Shown: positions 9,707-19,800 of the stretch, in pieces
Layout: each line of letters begins with the position of its first letter
How positions within the stretch are numbered: the stretch's first letter is position 1
Assembly: GCA_041660065.1 (NCBI GenBank)
Contig: JBAZXC010000004.1
Coordinates: 10,098-74,097, forward strand
DNA length: 64,000 bases
DNA from: Parcubacteria group bacterium
GTDB lineage: Bacteria; Patescibacteriota; Minisyncoccia; Moranbacterales; GCA-2747515
Direction: 5' to 3'
The notes under the pieces: generated by a model
Told to the model about the DNA's origin: nothing
The model's database searches: none
The model's input: the letters and a program-made list of their open reading frames with translations, nothing else
Made by a program: the position numbers and the translations under genes

Positions 9707-10081
9707 ATGGATAAAGCAGTGTATTGGGCATTTCTCATTGTGATCGCATTCGGACTGTTCTTTTGGTATATGGTGGCACACTCAATGTATGATCTTACAA
9801 AAGAAAAACAAAAAACATTTGCAACAGATGAATGTACGATGTTTGTGAATGGATCGTGGAAAGAATGTTGTATCGCACATGATCGTGATTACTGGCAGGG
9901 AGGCTCTATGGATGCGCGCCAAGCATCAGATAAAAGATTTGAAGAGTGTATTTATGTAAAAACACAAAACAAGCCGTTGTCACTTGGCGCGTATGTGATG
10001 ATCCGTATTGGTGGCGTGCCATATCTTGCTACGCCGTGGCGCTGGGGGTATGGGTGGTCTTTTGGAAAAGAATATCGGTAG
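9707..10081 (+). CDS. hypothetical membrane-anchored protein with a CCxxHD (phospholipase-A2-like) motif
   Basis: 124 aa; N-terminal TM, then ...WKECCIAHDRDYW..., which resembles the secretory PLA2 active-site CCxxHDxC(Y) motif; weak. Confidence 0.45.
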   Translation: MDKAVYWAFLIVIAFGLFFWYMVAHSMYDLTKEKQKTFATDECTMFVNGSWKECCIAHDRDYWQGGSMDARQASDKRFEECIYVKTQNKPLSLGAYVMIRIGGVPYLATPWRWGYGWSFGKEYR

Positions 10082-10087
10082 ATCTTT

Positions 10088-10366
10088 TTATTTAGTCTTT
10101 TTATATACCGTTGCGAGCCATCTTTTTTTGATCAAGCCTCCTGTGATCGTGGATAAGAGAAATCCAATCGTTGGGACAATCGCATTGATGAACGGTCGTG
10201 AAAGATTTGCAGAGAAGAAAAAAATCACAACGACAGTATATGTAAGGCAAACGATCATGCATTTGCGCGCCAAACTCGTTTCCCATGCTTTATCTGCTTC
10301 AACACGTTGATTGCGTTTTTTGATCTCTTCAATTTCGTGAGAAAGTTCTTCTGGTGTTAAGCTCAT
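10088..10366 (-). CDS. hypothetical small membrane protein
   Basis: 92 aa with a charged N-terminus and two hydrophobic helices. Confidence 0.4.
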   Translation of the reverse strand: MSLTPEELSHEIEEIKKRNQRVEADKAWETSLARKCMIVCLTYTVVVIFFFSANLSRPFINAIVPTIGFLLSTITGGLIKKRWLATVYKKTK

Positions 10367-10381
10367 ATTTTTTATGAATTA

Positions 10382-11140
10382 TTATGAAACATTTGCTGAT
10401 GTTTTGATGCCAATCCTTCCACTGCGATCGATTCGATTGAGTAGAATTGGACAATTTTTGAAATACTCATCTACAGCTTTCTGCGATCCTGCCCAATCCC
10501 CATAATCATCAATGATCAAAACGCCGTGAGAGGTTAATAGAGGGTAAAGGTGTATCAATTCATGTTTGGTGGATTTATACCAATCAGTATCAAGGTGAAG
10601 CAATGCAATGTAAAGAGGAATATTTTGGGGAATTGTATCTTCCACTATGCCCTTGATGTAGATGATCTGTGATTTTGAATACTGTGTTGCATCCATATTT
10701 TTCTGTACTTCATCCAACGAGGCATAACACCATTTGTTGTGATCACCCTTTTCTTTCTTGCGCCATTTTGTGATCGCGCGCTGAGATGGTTGCAATAATT
10801 TGAAATCATGTGCTTCCGGCTTTGTCATGCCCTCAAATGTGTCATAGAGATAGATTTTTCTGTCTTGGACACCGAGATCGAGTAATGTGCGCGCAATCAG
10901 CATAGCACTCCCGCCTTTCCATACGCCACATTCCACAAAATCTCCTAGAATATTATTATGAACGATATATTGTACGGCCTTGTATAGAGCATACATACGT
11001 TCTTTTGATGTCAATGTGTATGGCTTGCAAGCAGTATAGATGGATATGAATTTTCCATCACGGTCAATGATTGGATCATATTTTTTTACAATGTGGACGC
11101 CAAGCAATGATGTAATGCGATGAATGAGTTTTTTTATCAT
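10382..11140 (-). CDS. TylF/MycF-family SAM-dependent O-methyltransferase
   Basis: 252 aa; GDFVECGVWKGGS matches the macrocin O-methyltransferase (TylF) SAM-binding motif. Confidence 0.7.
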   Translation of the reverse strand: MIKKLIHRITSLLGVHIVKKYDPIIDRDGKFISIYTACKPYTLTSKERMYALYKAVQYIVHNNILGDFVECGVWKGGSAMLIARTLLDLGVQDRKIYLYDTFEGMTKPEAHDFKLLQPSQRAITKWRKKEKGDHNKWCYASLDEVQKNMDATQYSKSQIIYIKGIVEDTIPQNIPLYIALLHLDTDWYKSTKHELIHLYPLLTSHGVLIIDDYGDWAGSQKAVDEYFKNCPILLNRIDRSGRIGIKTSANVS

Positions 11141-11146
11141 TATTTT

Positions 11147-11710
11147 TTATTTATTTTTATTATATTCTGCGACAACGTTAGGGTGTTTCATTTTGTACTG
11201 CTCAGAAAAAGTGCATGTGTCCATACAATCGGGTGTCCATGTTCGCAACGGCGTACCAACCTCTCTCTCAAGCCAATCACTGTAAGTATCATTCCCAAAT
11301 ATGACATCGATTGTATACATATATCCCGTTGTATTTTGACCTTCCGTGTTCTTGACGATCGATATGGATAGAGGAGTCGTTGATTCAGATTCTAATGCGT
11401 AATCAATATAGGGATTGATGATCCGCGTGAGTAAGTCTTCCTTTTCTTGTTCTGTGAATGTAGCTGGCTTGAAAACGATAACCGGTTTTGACGCAGAGAT
11501 TTTTTCAATCGTTGTATTTTCTGCAGGAGCAACAGGATCTTTTTGCACATTTTTTTCCTGCGTAGGAAGAGCTTTTTTAGGCTCGGCAATTTGTTTTTGA
11601 GCGGAATCCGCACCTTTTGCACATCGTTCTTTTTGCCACAGGTATATACCGCTTCCAGTTAGAATAGCAGTGAGAAGGATGATGCTGATCATGCCAAATA
11701 TTTTTTTCAT
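11147..11710 (-). CDS. hypothetical secreted/membrane-anchored protein
   Basis: 187 aa with an N-terminal signal anchor; operonic with the flanking genes on the - strand. Confidence 0.5.
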   Translation of the reverse strand: MKKIFGMISIILLTAILTGSGIYLWQKERCAKGADSAQKQIAEPKKALPTQEKNVQKDPVAPAENTTIEKISASKPVIVFKPATFTEQEKEDLLTRIINPYIDYALESESTTPLSISIVKNTEGQNTTGYMYTIDVIFGNDTYSDWLEREVGTPLRTWTPDCMDTCTFSEQYKMKHPNVVAEYNKNK

Positions 11711-11728
11711 ATAGTTGATTATTATTTT

Positions 11729-12286
11729 TTATGTAAGGAGGATCATTGCTGCTTCATAGCGCGGACGGATCAATTCTTTGGATTTTTCAAAATGCAGTTG
11801 CATCCACTTTCTTTCTAATTTTTGTCGTACGGATTGTTGCGCAGAGCCTTGGTCCAGATTTTCATAGATAAATGCCGCTTTGAAAATACCGGAAATATTA
11901 TCAAAAGCGCTTAGTGTATCCGCTTCTGCGACAATTTGTTCTTCAATTGTGCGACGATCATTTTTTTGCGACCCTCTGTGGTTGAAGATACATTGTTTGA
12001 TGAGAGCGATCTTTTCATCTGGATAATGCAGTTCGCGCAGTTTTGTCTCGGCGATTGTTGCTCCGGTAACATGATGATCCGTGCGACCGTGCACGATCGA
12101 CCCAATGTCATGCAACCATGCCGCGAGAATGATTACTTCTTTATCGCCACCAATCTCGTCTGCCAGTTGTGTGGCATAGCGTACCATTGGAATGAAGTGA
12201 AAGAGAAATGGCTCATAGCCATAGTGACTACTTGGTTTTTTGCACTCCCCTTCGACAAAATTCTTCACCTCCTCGACGATATTCAT
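11729..12286 (-). CDS. HD-domain phosphohydrolase
   Basis: 185 aa; AAWLHDIG ... H ... D metal-binding HD motif. Confidence 0.7.
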   Translation of the reverse strand: MNIVEEVKNFVEGECKKPSSHYGYEPFLFHFIPMVRYATQLADEIGGDKEVIILAAWLHDIGSIVHGRTDHHVTGATIAETKLRELHYPDEKIALIKQCIFNHRGSQKNDRRTIEEQIVAEADTLSAFDNISGIFKAAFIYENLDQGSAQQSVRQKLERKWMQLHFEKSKELIRPRYEAAMILLT

Positions 12287-12538
12287 AGGATAAATTTCTT
12301 AGAAAAAACGGTAAATGACGCATGTCTCCAGTATAATGTCATGGCAGAAATATGCAATTGGCAAGAACGATCAATCCACACGATATTACTACGCTCTAGT
12401 GCGTGGTGATAAGTGGGGACTTTTTGGGCTCTTAGATTTTTGGCGATAATATTTGACATACGGCGGTCATTTATTGCCAAAAGAGAATAAACGTGATACT
12501 CTGCAGTTTACGTTACATAATATTTTGATCGTGAAAGA

Positions 12539-13126
12539 GTGATGGAGATCGCTGACGCACAATTTGTTAGAGGTGTGATAGGCTCGCATAATTTACTTGT
12601 GGATGAAAAGCCACAAGTGTCTTTTATCGGTCGATCCAATGTGGGAAAGTCTAGCGTGATCAATATGCTTGTGGGGCAAAAATCCCTTGTGCGATCCTCA
12701 TCAAGTCCGGGCAAAACGCAAGAGATCAACTTCTTTCTCATTAATGAGAATATGTATTTTGTGGATCTCCCAGGATATGGATATGCCAAGATGGGTGTCA
12801 AATATCGGGAGAAATTGCGGAAGTTGATCCTCTGGTACCTTATCAGCGGAGAGGCGCCTGTAGCGCTTGCTGTGCTCATTATTGATGCAAAGGCGGGCTT
12901 GCGGGAATTTGATCGCGAGATGATCGCTGTGCTAAGCGAATATAGGCATCCGTTTATGATCGTTGCCAACAAGATCGACAAACTCAATCAAAAAGATCTG
13001 TATCGATCGCTGACTGATATTTCTGCGGAAATCGGGGAAGGTGTGGTCGTTGTGCCGTTCAGTGCGCGAACAGGTAGAGGTAAAGATAAAGTCTTACATG
13101 CGATTGAGCAAGCGATCAAAAGGTAG
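12539..13126 (+). CDS. engB: ribosome biogenesis GTP-binding protein YihA/EngB
   Basis: 195 aa; G1 GRSNVGKSS, G3 DLPGYG and NKIDK motifs in the EngB arrangement. Confidence 0.8.
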   Translation: MMEIADAQFVRGVIGSHNLLVDEKPQVSFIGRSNVGKSSVINMLVGQKSLVRSSSSPGKTQEINFFLINENMYFVDLPGYGYAKMGVKYREKLRKLILWYLISGEAPVALAVLIIDAKAGLREFDREMIAVLSEYRHPFMIVANKIDKLNQKDLYRSLTDISAEIGEGVVVVPFSARTGRGKDKVLHAIEQAIKR

Positions 13127-13142
13127 TATTTGTTGAAATGAG

Positions 13143-14477
13143 TTAAAGCACATCTTGTGATGTGTTTTTTGTTTTGAAAAAGAGCCCGATGCATAACGCA
13201 CAGAAAAGGATACCAAAATGGGATGACCATGTCCAATGATCAAAGAGAGACGTAATGCATAGCACAACAAAGATCAGTGCGTATGTGACGCGAAGTGGTG
13301 ATTGCCAGAAATTTTTGTGATACAGCGTGGCAATACAATAGACCAATGTGCACACGAGCATAATACATCCGATCATGCCGATTTCCGCACAGGCGAGAAT
13401 ATACGCATTGTGTACCGGTTGGAAATACCAGATGGGGTGCGATGCGTGATATGTGTTGTAGGCAGCGTTTGTGTAGTTGCCAATACCTGTGCCGATGAGT
13501 GGATGCTCGGTGATAAGCGTGCGTGCGTGCGTTAAATATACCCCTCGGTCATTGAATGAATTGTGTGTTAAGAGTGTATCATGTGCGATGCGTGTAAAAA
13601 AAAGATATCCAAAAAAGATCGTGCAGATCGCGGCAGTGGCGGGTATTGTGATGAATGGCGCAATGAGAACAGAACGTTTTTTAGTATGTAGAAAAAAGAA
13701 TATGAAAAGAATGCAAAGACTAATAACAGCAGTGATCCACGCAGTGCGAGAAAAAGTCACAATGAGTCCCAGTGTTAAAATACCACACGCGAGCAGTGAA
13801 AGAATTCTAAATAGAGGCGTTTTATTTTTAGTTGTGACATAAAGTGTAATTGTAAGAAGAAGTGTAGCGATCAATAAGCCTCCGAGCATGTTTGGGTGGG
13901 GCATGCCTCCATAGGCGCGCAACCAACGTTCACCATTTGATGTAATCGTGGCTGTACCACCCCAGATAATATCGTGTACTTGCATGCCAAGATAGGTGTT
14001 GGCAAAAGTGTTTTGTGTGAAAAATTGGTAGGCGCCAAAAAGTGCTTGCATACATGCACTCAAGATCAATGCTATTGTCACATGTTGCAATGAAAAGGGC
14101 ACAATCCAGAGTAAGGTGGTTAGGTCAATCGCACAGGACACAAGCAGCGCATGATAAAATGCAAGCGTGGGATCATTTGCCCATAGAATTGATGCAAACA
14201 GCCAAAAATCGAGAAATAAGAGAGAAATGATCATTTTTCTGTGTTGTGTGATCCATTCCAATATGATATCTGTATGACAATACAGACTTGAACATAGCCA
14301 TGCAATCAAAAAAACATCAGAAAGATAGATGCCAATTGTGCCATATTGCCATTTGTCGCTACCAAAAAAAACTTCTCGCACGATCCAAATCGTCTGCCAT
14401 GGAAGTAGAAAGGCAAATATGTAAAGAAAGATGTTATGAAATTTTTGTAGAGTATTATGGTGCATGACTGCATACAT
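13143..14477 (-). CDS. polytopic membrane protein, O-antigen ligase/Wzy-like
   Basis: 444 aa, about 10-12 TM; a central loop FSRTAWI resembles the Wzy_C/O-antigen ligase motif; the function is inferred. Confidence 0.5.
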   Translation of the reverse strand: MYAVMHHNTLQKFHNIFLYIFAFLLPWQTIWIVREVFFGSDKWQYGTIGIYLSDVFLIAWLCSSLYCHTDIILEWITQHRKMIISLLFLDFWLFASILWANDPTLAFYHALLVSCAIDLTTLLWIVPFSLQHVTIALILSACMQALFGAYQFFTQNTFANTYLGMQVHDIIWGGTATITSNGERWLRAYGGMPHPNMLGGLLIATLLLTITLYVTTKNKTPLFRILSLLACGILTLGLIVTFSRTAWITAVISLCILFIFFFLHTKKRSVLIAPFITIPATAAICTIFFGYLFFTRIAHDTLLTHNSFNDRGVYLTHARTLITEHPLIGTGIGNYTNAAYNTYHASHPIWYFQPVHNAYILACAEIGMIGCIMLVCTLVYCIATLYHKNFWQSPLRVTYALIFVVLCITSLFDHWTWSSHFGILFCALCIGLFFKTKNTSQDVL

Positions 14478-14512
14478 TAGCTATTGTGCGGTCATTCTAA
14501 CACAAGATTATC

Positions 14513-15688
14513 TCAATAGACAATTACCGGCGTGCCGATATCTGCCCAATCATAGACTTTTTTTGCTGGCCCGACGCCTAAGCGCATGCAACCGTGTGAT
14601 ACGGGGATGCCGAGGTGATTTTGCCCCTCTTTGTAGCCACCTGGCCATTCAGGCAATTCATGAATGCCATATTTACCGTCACCGGTGATTGCCATCCAAA
14701 ACGGCATATAGAGACCATACTGTTTGGACCATGGGCGAGGATTTTTGTTGTAAACTCTGTGTGTCCCTTTTGGCGTGGGCATGCCCGCTTTGCCGGATGA
14801 GATCAAATATGAATCAATGATTCTTCCATTTTCAAAAGTGGTCATGATCTGTGTGGCGAGATTGACGTCGATATATTTTCCGGTTTTTATTTGTGCGACT
14901 GTGAATTTTTTGGCCTGCTCCACACGTTCTTGGAGATTTTCCGCCCATGTTTTTGGTTTTGGGGCAAGCGTTGTAAATGATGTAGTGTGAATTGTCGTGT
15001 AAGTATCATCAGGTGCGTTCAGTGCCTTTGACCGAATAGTGAGAGTATATCTTGTACCATCAGCGAGAGGTTTTTGGGGTAGGATGTCAAATTGTGTTTT
15101 CCGTTCATTATTTTGGTATTTGACATCAATGGGCGGATCAAGTTGAAAATCAATGTAAAAACCTTCCGTGGATTTATCAAATTGGATCGTAATCGGATCT
15201 TCGATGTCAAGACGCACATCTACGGCACCGGTTGCAGGGACAACGTCGATAACTTGTGGCCGTGCACTAATCGAAAAAACAAACTGCGCGCTGTCAATTG
15301 GCATGAAATTTGTCGCGCGTCCGGCAGGAAGATCTAACGTGTAGGCCTGTCCGATTGTCCATGTTGTTGTTGGTGTGAGGGTGATCTGAGTATGATCATT
15401 GTTGATCACGGCAGTCATCGGTGTACGTGGAGAAAGATCGAGATTGCTCTGATAGTATTTTATATCAATTGGTTTATCAAATTGGATCGTGAATGGATCT
15501 GATGGGAGAAGTACCTGTCCCGTTTTTGGCGCTAACGGTGTAATGACAAAAGATGGAGAGTAGGCGTAAATATAAACACCCGTCAATAGTGTCGGCAACA
15601 AAAAAAGGATAAAAAAGAAGGTTTGTTTTATTTTTTTCATAATTTTTTTTTGTATCAGTTTTGTAGTCAATTTCTTATTCTCTTGCAA
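14513..15688 (-). CDS. L,D-transpeptidase with N-terminal Ig-like repeats
   Basis: 391 aa; signal/TM, repeated beta-rich domains, and a C-terminal YkuD catalytic motif HG...SHGCMRL. Confidence 0.75.
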   Translation of the reverse strand: MQENKKLTTKLIQKKIMKKIKQTFFFILFLLPTLLTGVYIYAYSPSFVITPLAPKTGQVLLPSDPFTIQFDKPIDIKYYQSNLDLSPRTPMTAVINNDHTQITLTPTTTWTIGQAYTLDLPAGRATNFMPIDSAQFVFSISARPQVIDVVPATGAVDVRLDIEDPITIQFDKSTEGFYIDFQLDPPIDVKYQNNERKTQFDILPQKPLADGTRYTLTIRSKALNAPDDTYTTIHTTSFTTLAPKPKTWAENLQERVEQAKKFTVAQIKTGKYIDVNLATQIMTTFENGRIIDSYLISSGKAGMPTPKGTHRVYNKNPRPWSKQYGLYMPFWMAITGDGKYGIHELPEWPGGYKEGQNHLGIPVSHGCMRLGVGPAKKVYDWADIGTPVIVY

Positions 15689-16406
15689 TTACTATAGCAT
15701 AAATATTTCCAGCACCGGAATTTTTGAGAACTGTGGCACATGCGGTGATTGTTGCGCCAGTGGTCATGATGTCGTCAACGAGAAGGATATTTTTTCCGCG
15801 AATGAGTGATGGGTCATGTACGGCAAATGCATTATGAACATTATCTTCACGACTTTCTTTGTCACGCATGGTCACTTGGGGATGTGTGTAGCGTATACGT
15901 TTCAGTATATCAGTATTGAGAGGGATGTGTAAGTCCAAGGATCGTGCAATTTCTTCTGCCTGATTGAATCCTCGCCAGCGTAAACGTCGTGCATGAAGTG
16001 GAATGGGGATGATCAGATCAGGTGCGGGGAAGTGTGAATTGTGGAGAGCTTGCGCCATAAGAAGTGCAAGAGGGTGAGAAAGGTCTTTTACAAAACGATA
16101 TTTGAAATAGTGGATCATTTTACGCACCAAGGGATCTTTGAAATATGATGCGACAAAAACACCGTCGTAGGGCGGATTATGCTTCTCCATACATGCAAAA
16201 CATACATCACCATTGGCGGTGACGTTTTTTTTGCATAGAGGACAATGTTGCTCAACGATGATAGGCAGTGTGCTATGACACTGCGTGCAAATCCAGTGGT
16301 CAAAAGTTTTGCATCGCAAACATTGGATGGGGAAAAGTGAATCGAGAAATGCTTTCCAGGTGAGGAAAAGCATGGCATAAGTTTTATGACAAAGTGATCG
16401 TATCAT
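15675..16406 (-). CDS. comFC: ComF-family phosphoribosyltransferase (ComFC)
   Basis: 243 aa; an N-terminal CxxC...CxxC zinc finger and the PRTase motif ILLVDDIMTTGATI. Confidence 0.7.
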   Translation of the reverse strand: MIRSLCHKTYAMLFLTWKAFLDSLFPIQCLRCKTFDHWICTQCHSTLPIIVEQHCPLCKKNVTANGDVCFACMEKHNPPYDGVFVASYFKDPLVRKMIHYFKYRFVKDLSHPLALLMAQALHNSHFPAPDLIIPIPLHARRLRWRGFNQAEEIARSLDLHIPLNTDILKRIRYTHPQVTMRDKESREDNVHNAFAVHDPSLIRGKNILLVDDIMTTGATITACATVLKNSGAGNIYAIVIARE

Positions 16407-18813
16407 TGGTGTAATCGAGGATTATTTTTTTCACACGGGGGTGCGTGATCACATGGTGTGCGATCATGCTCTCGATCTCTTCTTGAATAATTTGACGTAT
16501 ACCGCGTGCGCCGTCATTTTTTGTGTATGCTTGCTCGGCAATATGTGCAATAACATGTGGCTTCACAGAAAGAGTGATGGAACGTTTTTTGAGACGATCT
16601 GCGAGATGTCCAAATGCAATACGTGTGATCTTTTGCAGTTCTTTTTGTGATAATTGATGAAATACGATGATATGATCCAATCGTGACAACAATTCCGGTG
16701 GGAGAATATCTTTTGTCGATTCTAGGATCTTTTGCGACAAAATAGCATGTGATGCGTGTGTCGATTTATCAAAACCAAGCTTTTTTTCACGAGTGAGAGA
16801 TGTACTACCGGCATTGGATGTAAGGATGATGATCGTATTTTTGAAATTGATCACACGTCCGCTTGCATCTGTCAGTGTACCATCTTCCAATATTTGCAAA
16901 AGGATATTGAACACATCGGGATGTGCTTTTTCAATCTCGTCAAAGAGAACGACACTATGTGGATTTCGACGCACTTTTTCTGTCAGTGTGCCACCTTCAC
17001 CATACCCAATATATCCGGCGGGAGCGCCGAGAAGCTTGGATGTGTGGTGGCGTTCCATGAGTTCGCTCATATCAACACGGATGAGGGATCGTGCGTCATA
17101 AAGTTCTGTGGCAAGCGTTTGTGCCGTAAAAGTTTTGCCGGTACCTGTGGATCCGAGAAAAAGAAATGACCCGTGGGGACGATTGGGATTGCTTAAACCG
17201 CTTGCAGATCGGATCAAAGTATCGGCAATTTTTTTGATTGCATGATCTTGTCCAATGATGGTCTGTGATAATTTTTTTTGCGCGGTAATAATGTGTGCGT
17301 CTGCATGTTGGAGGAGCTTGTTTTTTGGGATGCCTGTATTAACCGCGATCGTATGAGCGACATCGTCGATGGTCATGAGGGGCTGATCTTTGATCGCGCG
17401 ATCTTTGAGAAGTGCACGCGTGTCTTTGATCTCTTGTGTGAGAGCATCTTCCACCTCTCGCATCTTGGAAGCATCGTCATATTTTTCTGCATGGACAAAT
17501 GTGGATTTTTGTGCGGAAATTTCTTTCAGATCGTTTTCCAAAGAAATCACTTGTTTTTGGATGTCATTTTTTTTGCGTGATGTGCACAGACGTGCAGCAG
17601 TTTCATCGAGGAGATCGATCGCTTTATCCGGAAAGAATTGTTCCGGTAGGTAACGATCGCTGAATTGCACGATTGCGTCAATCGTTTCATCAGGCACTTG
17701 CACGCCGTGATGTTTCTCGTAGGTCTGTTTGATGCCGTGTAAAATCGTTTTTGCATCGCGCGCTGTCGGTTCGGTGAGGATCACTTTCTGAAAACGGCGT
17801 ACAAGGGCAGGATCTTTTTCAATATGCTTTTTGTATTCACCGAGAGTGGTGGCGCCAATGATGCGGATATTGCCACGTGAAAGTGCCGGCTTTAAAATAT
17901 TTGCCGCATCAAGACTGCCACCAGTGTTACCTGTGCCGATAATAGTGTGAATTTCATCGATGAACAAAATGATGTTCTCATTTTCTTGTGCTTCTGTGAT
18001 AATGCTTTTGAGACGTTGTTCAAATTCACCGCGAAAACTTGTGCCGGCAACGAGAAGTGTAAGGTCAAGAGTGATAATTTCTTTTCCATAAAGATAGTGT
18101 GGTGCATCAGGGCTTTTGGCGAGATGTGCGATGTGTTCAATTATTGCCGTTTTTCCAATGCCGGGCTCGCCGATGATGAGGGGATTGTTTTTAATGCGAC
18201 GTCCGAGAATTGTGACAATACGTTCAATATCAGATCGTCGACCGACAAATGGTTCCGGTTGTTGGTCGGCAATATTTGTACAGAAGTGTTCCAAGGCGGA
18301 CTCCGTGTTGGTATCGCGTTCTCCATTCATCAATGCGGCGAGATTTTCAATACCAAAAAGTCCGGCATTCTGATTGATCGTGTAGGGATTTTGGTTGGGA
18401 TTCTTTTTGGGCTTTGCTTTGTTGAGGATCGTTTGCACGGCAGGATATTTTGTATTCAGAAGTGCGTAGATCAAATGTTCCGTGCCAACATAGACATAGC
18501 CAAACTCTGCGGCAAGGGCATGCGCGTCCGTGATAATCTTTTTGAGAGCGTGGGATGAGCGCACTTTTGAGAGGATTTTTTTTGGCGTTAATTTTTGCGC
18601 AAAGATCTCCTTTTCAAAGATCTCTTTGTTCAAGCCGATGTTGGAGAGAATGGTCGCGCCGACACTGCCACGCTCAAGAAATACGCCATACAAAAGATGT
18701 TCAGGACGAACTTCCGTCGCATCATGCGCGCTTGCAATTTTTTCTGCATGAGAGATGCTTTTGCGTGCGTGCAGGGTAAGTTTATTTGTAATAGAGGAAT
18801 GTGCTTTTTTCAT
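16384..18813 (-). CDS. clpC: ATP-dependent Clp protease ATP-binding subunit (ClpC/ClpB class, two AAA+ modules)
   Basis: 809 aa; Clp_N repeats, Walker A GEPGIGKT and a second Walker A GSTGTGKT, and sensor motifs. Confidence 0.85.
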   Translation of the reverse strand: MKKAHSSITNKLTLHARKSISHAEKIASAHDATEVRPEHLLYGVFLERGSVGATILSNIGLNKEIFEKEIFAQKLTPKKILSKVRSSHALKKIITDAHALAAEFGYVYVGTEHLIYALLNTKYPAVQTILNKAKPKKNPNQNPYTINQNAGLFGIENLAALMNGERDTNTESALEHFCTNIADQQPEPFVGRRSDIERIVTILGRRIKNNPLIIGEPGIGKTAIIEHIAHLAKSPDAPHYLYGKEIITLDLTLLVAGTSFRGEFEQRLKSIITEAQENENIILFIDEIHTIIGTGNTGGSLDAANILKPALSRGNIRIIGATTLGEYKKHIEKDPALVRRFQKVILTEPTARDAKTILHGIKQTYEKHHGVQVPDETIDAIVQFSDRYLPEQFFPDKAIDLLDETAARLCTSRKKNDIQKQVISLENDLKEISAQKSTFVHAEKYDDASKMREVEDALTQEIKDTRALLKDRAIKDQPLMTIDDVAHTIAVNTGIPKNKLLQHADAHIITAQKKLSQTIIGQDHAIKKIADTLIRSASGLSNPNRPHGSFLFLGSTGTGKTFTAQTLATELYDARSLIRVDMSELMERHHTSKLLGAPAGYIGYGEGGTLTEKVRRNPHSVVLFDEIEKAHPDVFNILLQILEDGTLTDASGRVINFKNTIIILTSNAGSTSLTREKKLGFDKSTHASHAILSQKILESTKDILPPELLSRLDHIIVFHQLSQKELQKITRIAFGHLADRLKKRSITLSVKPHVIAHIAEQAYTKNDGARGIRQIIQEEIESMIAHHVITHPRVKKIILDYTNDTITLS

Positions 18814-18892
18814 GAAAATTATAACAAAATGTCTATATATAATATTCTATTATGTACGTATTTTGTATATTTTGTCAACACAATTGTCCGCG

Positions 18893-19014
18893 AGTCTAAA
18901 AACCTCTGTCATTCCCGTGAAAACGGGAATCTAATAGCATCCACTTGTCGCATATAGAATACTTCTGGATTCCCGTTCCCCGATTTCTCGAGGACAAGCT
19001 TCACGGGAATGACA
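18893..19014. repeat. composite hairpin repeat (family B: GTCTAAAAA..TGTCATTCCCGTGAA..)
   Basis: A mini-copy at 18893-18931 plus a full copy at about 18940-19016 whose reverse complement matches 33945-33990 exactly over 46 bp. Confidence 0.7.
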
Positions 19015-19117
19015 AATGATTGTAAGTAGGAAATATTGGAATAATTGATCTAAACACTTCATCTAATTTTCTAAAAAACAAAAACAACATCTGTGATAGA
19101 TGCTGTTTTTAAAATTT

Positions 19118-19681
19118 TTATTCTTGGGATTTGCCGACGTAGTCGCCGCGGTCTGTGTTGATGATGATGCGGTCGCCTGTTTCGATAAAGAGTGGCGTGG
19201 TAACTTGCGCGCCAGTTTCCACTGTCACAAGTTTATCTCCACCGGATTGTGTATCACCCTTGAGTCCGGGAGGTGCTTCCGTGACAGTGAGTGTGACTTT
19301 GACCGGAAGTTCGATATTGATCGGATTGCCGTTAAAATTGAGCATGGTGACTTCCAATCCTTCGGTGAGATAATATGGCGCGTCACCGATCACGCTTTTG
19401 TTGAGAGGAAATTGATCATACGTATCGTTGTCCATGAAATAATACTGGTCGCTATCAACATAGAGATACTGGGCTTTTGATTTGGTGATGTCAGCCTCTT
19501 TGACTTTGTCAGCACCTTGAAATGTCTTGTCCATGACAGCACCGTTCATGAGATTTTTGAGCTTTGTGCGAAGCACGGCGCCGGCACGTCCCATTTTGGA
19601 ATGTTCGCTTGTCACGACGACGTAGGGCGCATTGTCCAAAACGATTCTTTTGCCGACTTTGATATCGCTGATGTTTAACAT
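19118..19681 (-). CDS. efp: elongation factor P
   Basis: 187 aa; MLNISDIKVGKRIVLDNAPYVVV...SKMGRAGA, a typical EF-P. Confidence 0.85.
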   Translation of the reverse strand: MLNISDIKVGKRIVLDNAPYVVVTSEHSKMGRAGAVLRTKLKNLMNGAVMDKTFQGADKVKEADITKSKAQYLYVDSDQYYFMDNDTYDQFPLNKSVIGDAPYYLTEGLEVTMLNFNGNPINIELPVKVTLTVTEAPPGLKGDTQSGGDKLVTVETGAQVTTPLFIETGDRIIINTDRGDYVGKSQE

Positions 19682-19800
19682 AAGATTTAGTTTTTTAGTT
19701 TGTAAGTCTTGTCGCGCCGAAAGTGAACAAAAAGTTTATACCTGTCAGCAGTGCTTTTGCACACGCATGCAGGTATAAACTTTTATCTCTCGACTTTTTA

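Noticed and set aside
16441-18779. Numerous 60-200-aa ORFs on the + strand within 16.4-18.8 kb
   Set aside because: All are embedded antisense within the 809-aa ClpC gene, which has a continuous set of AAA+ motifs.
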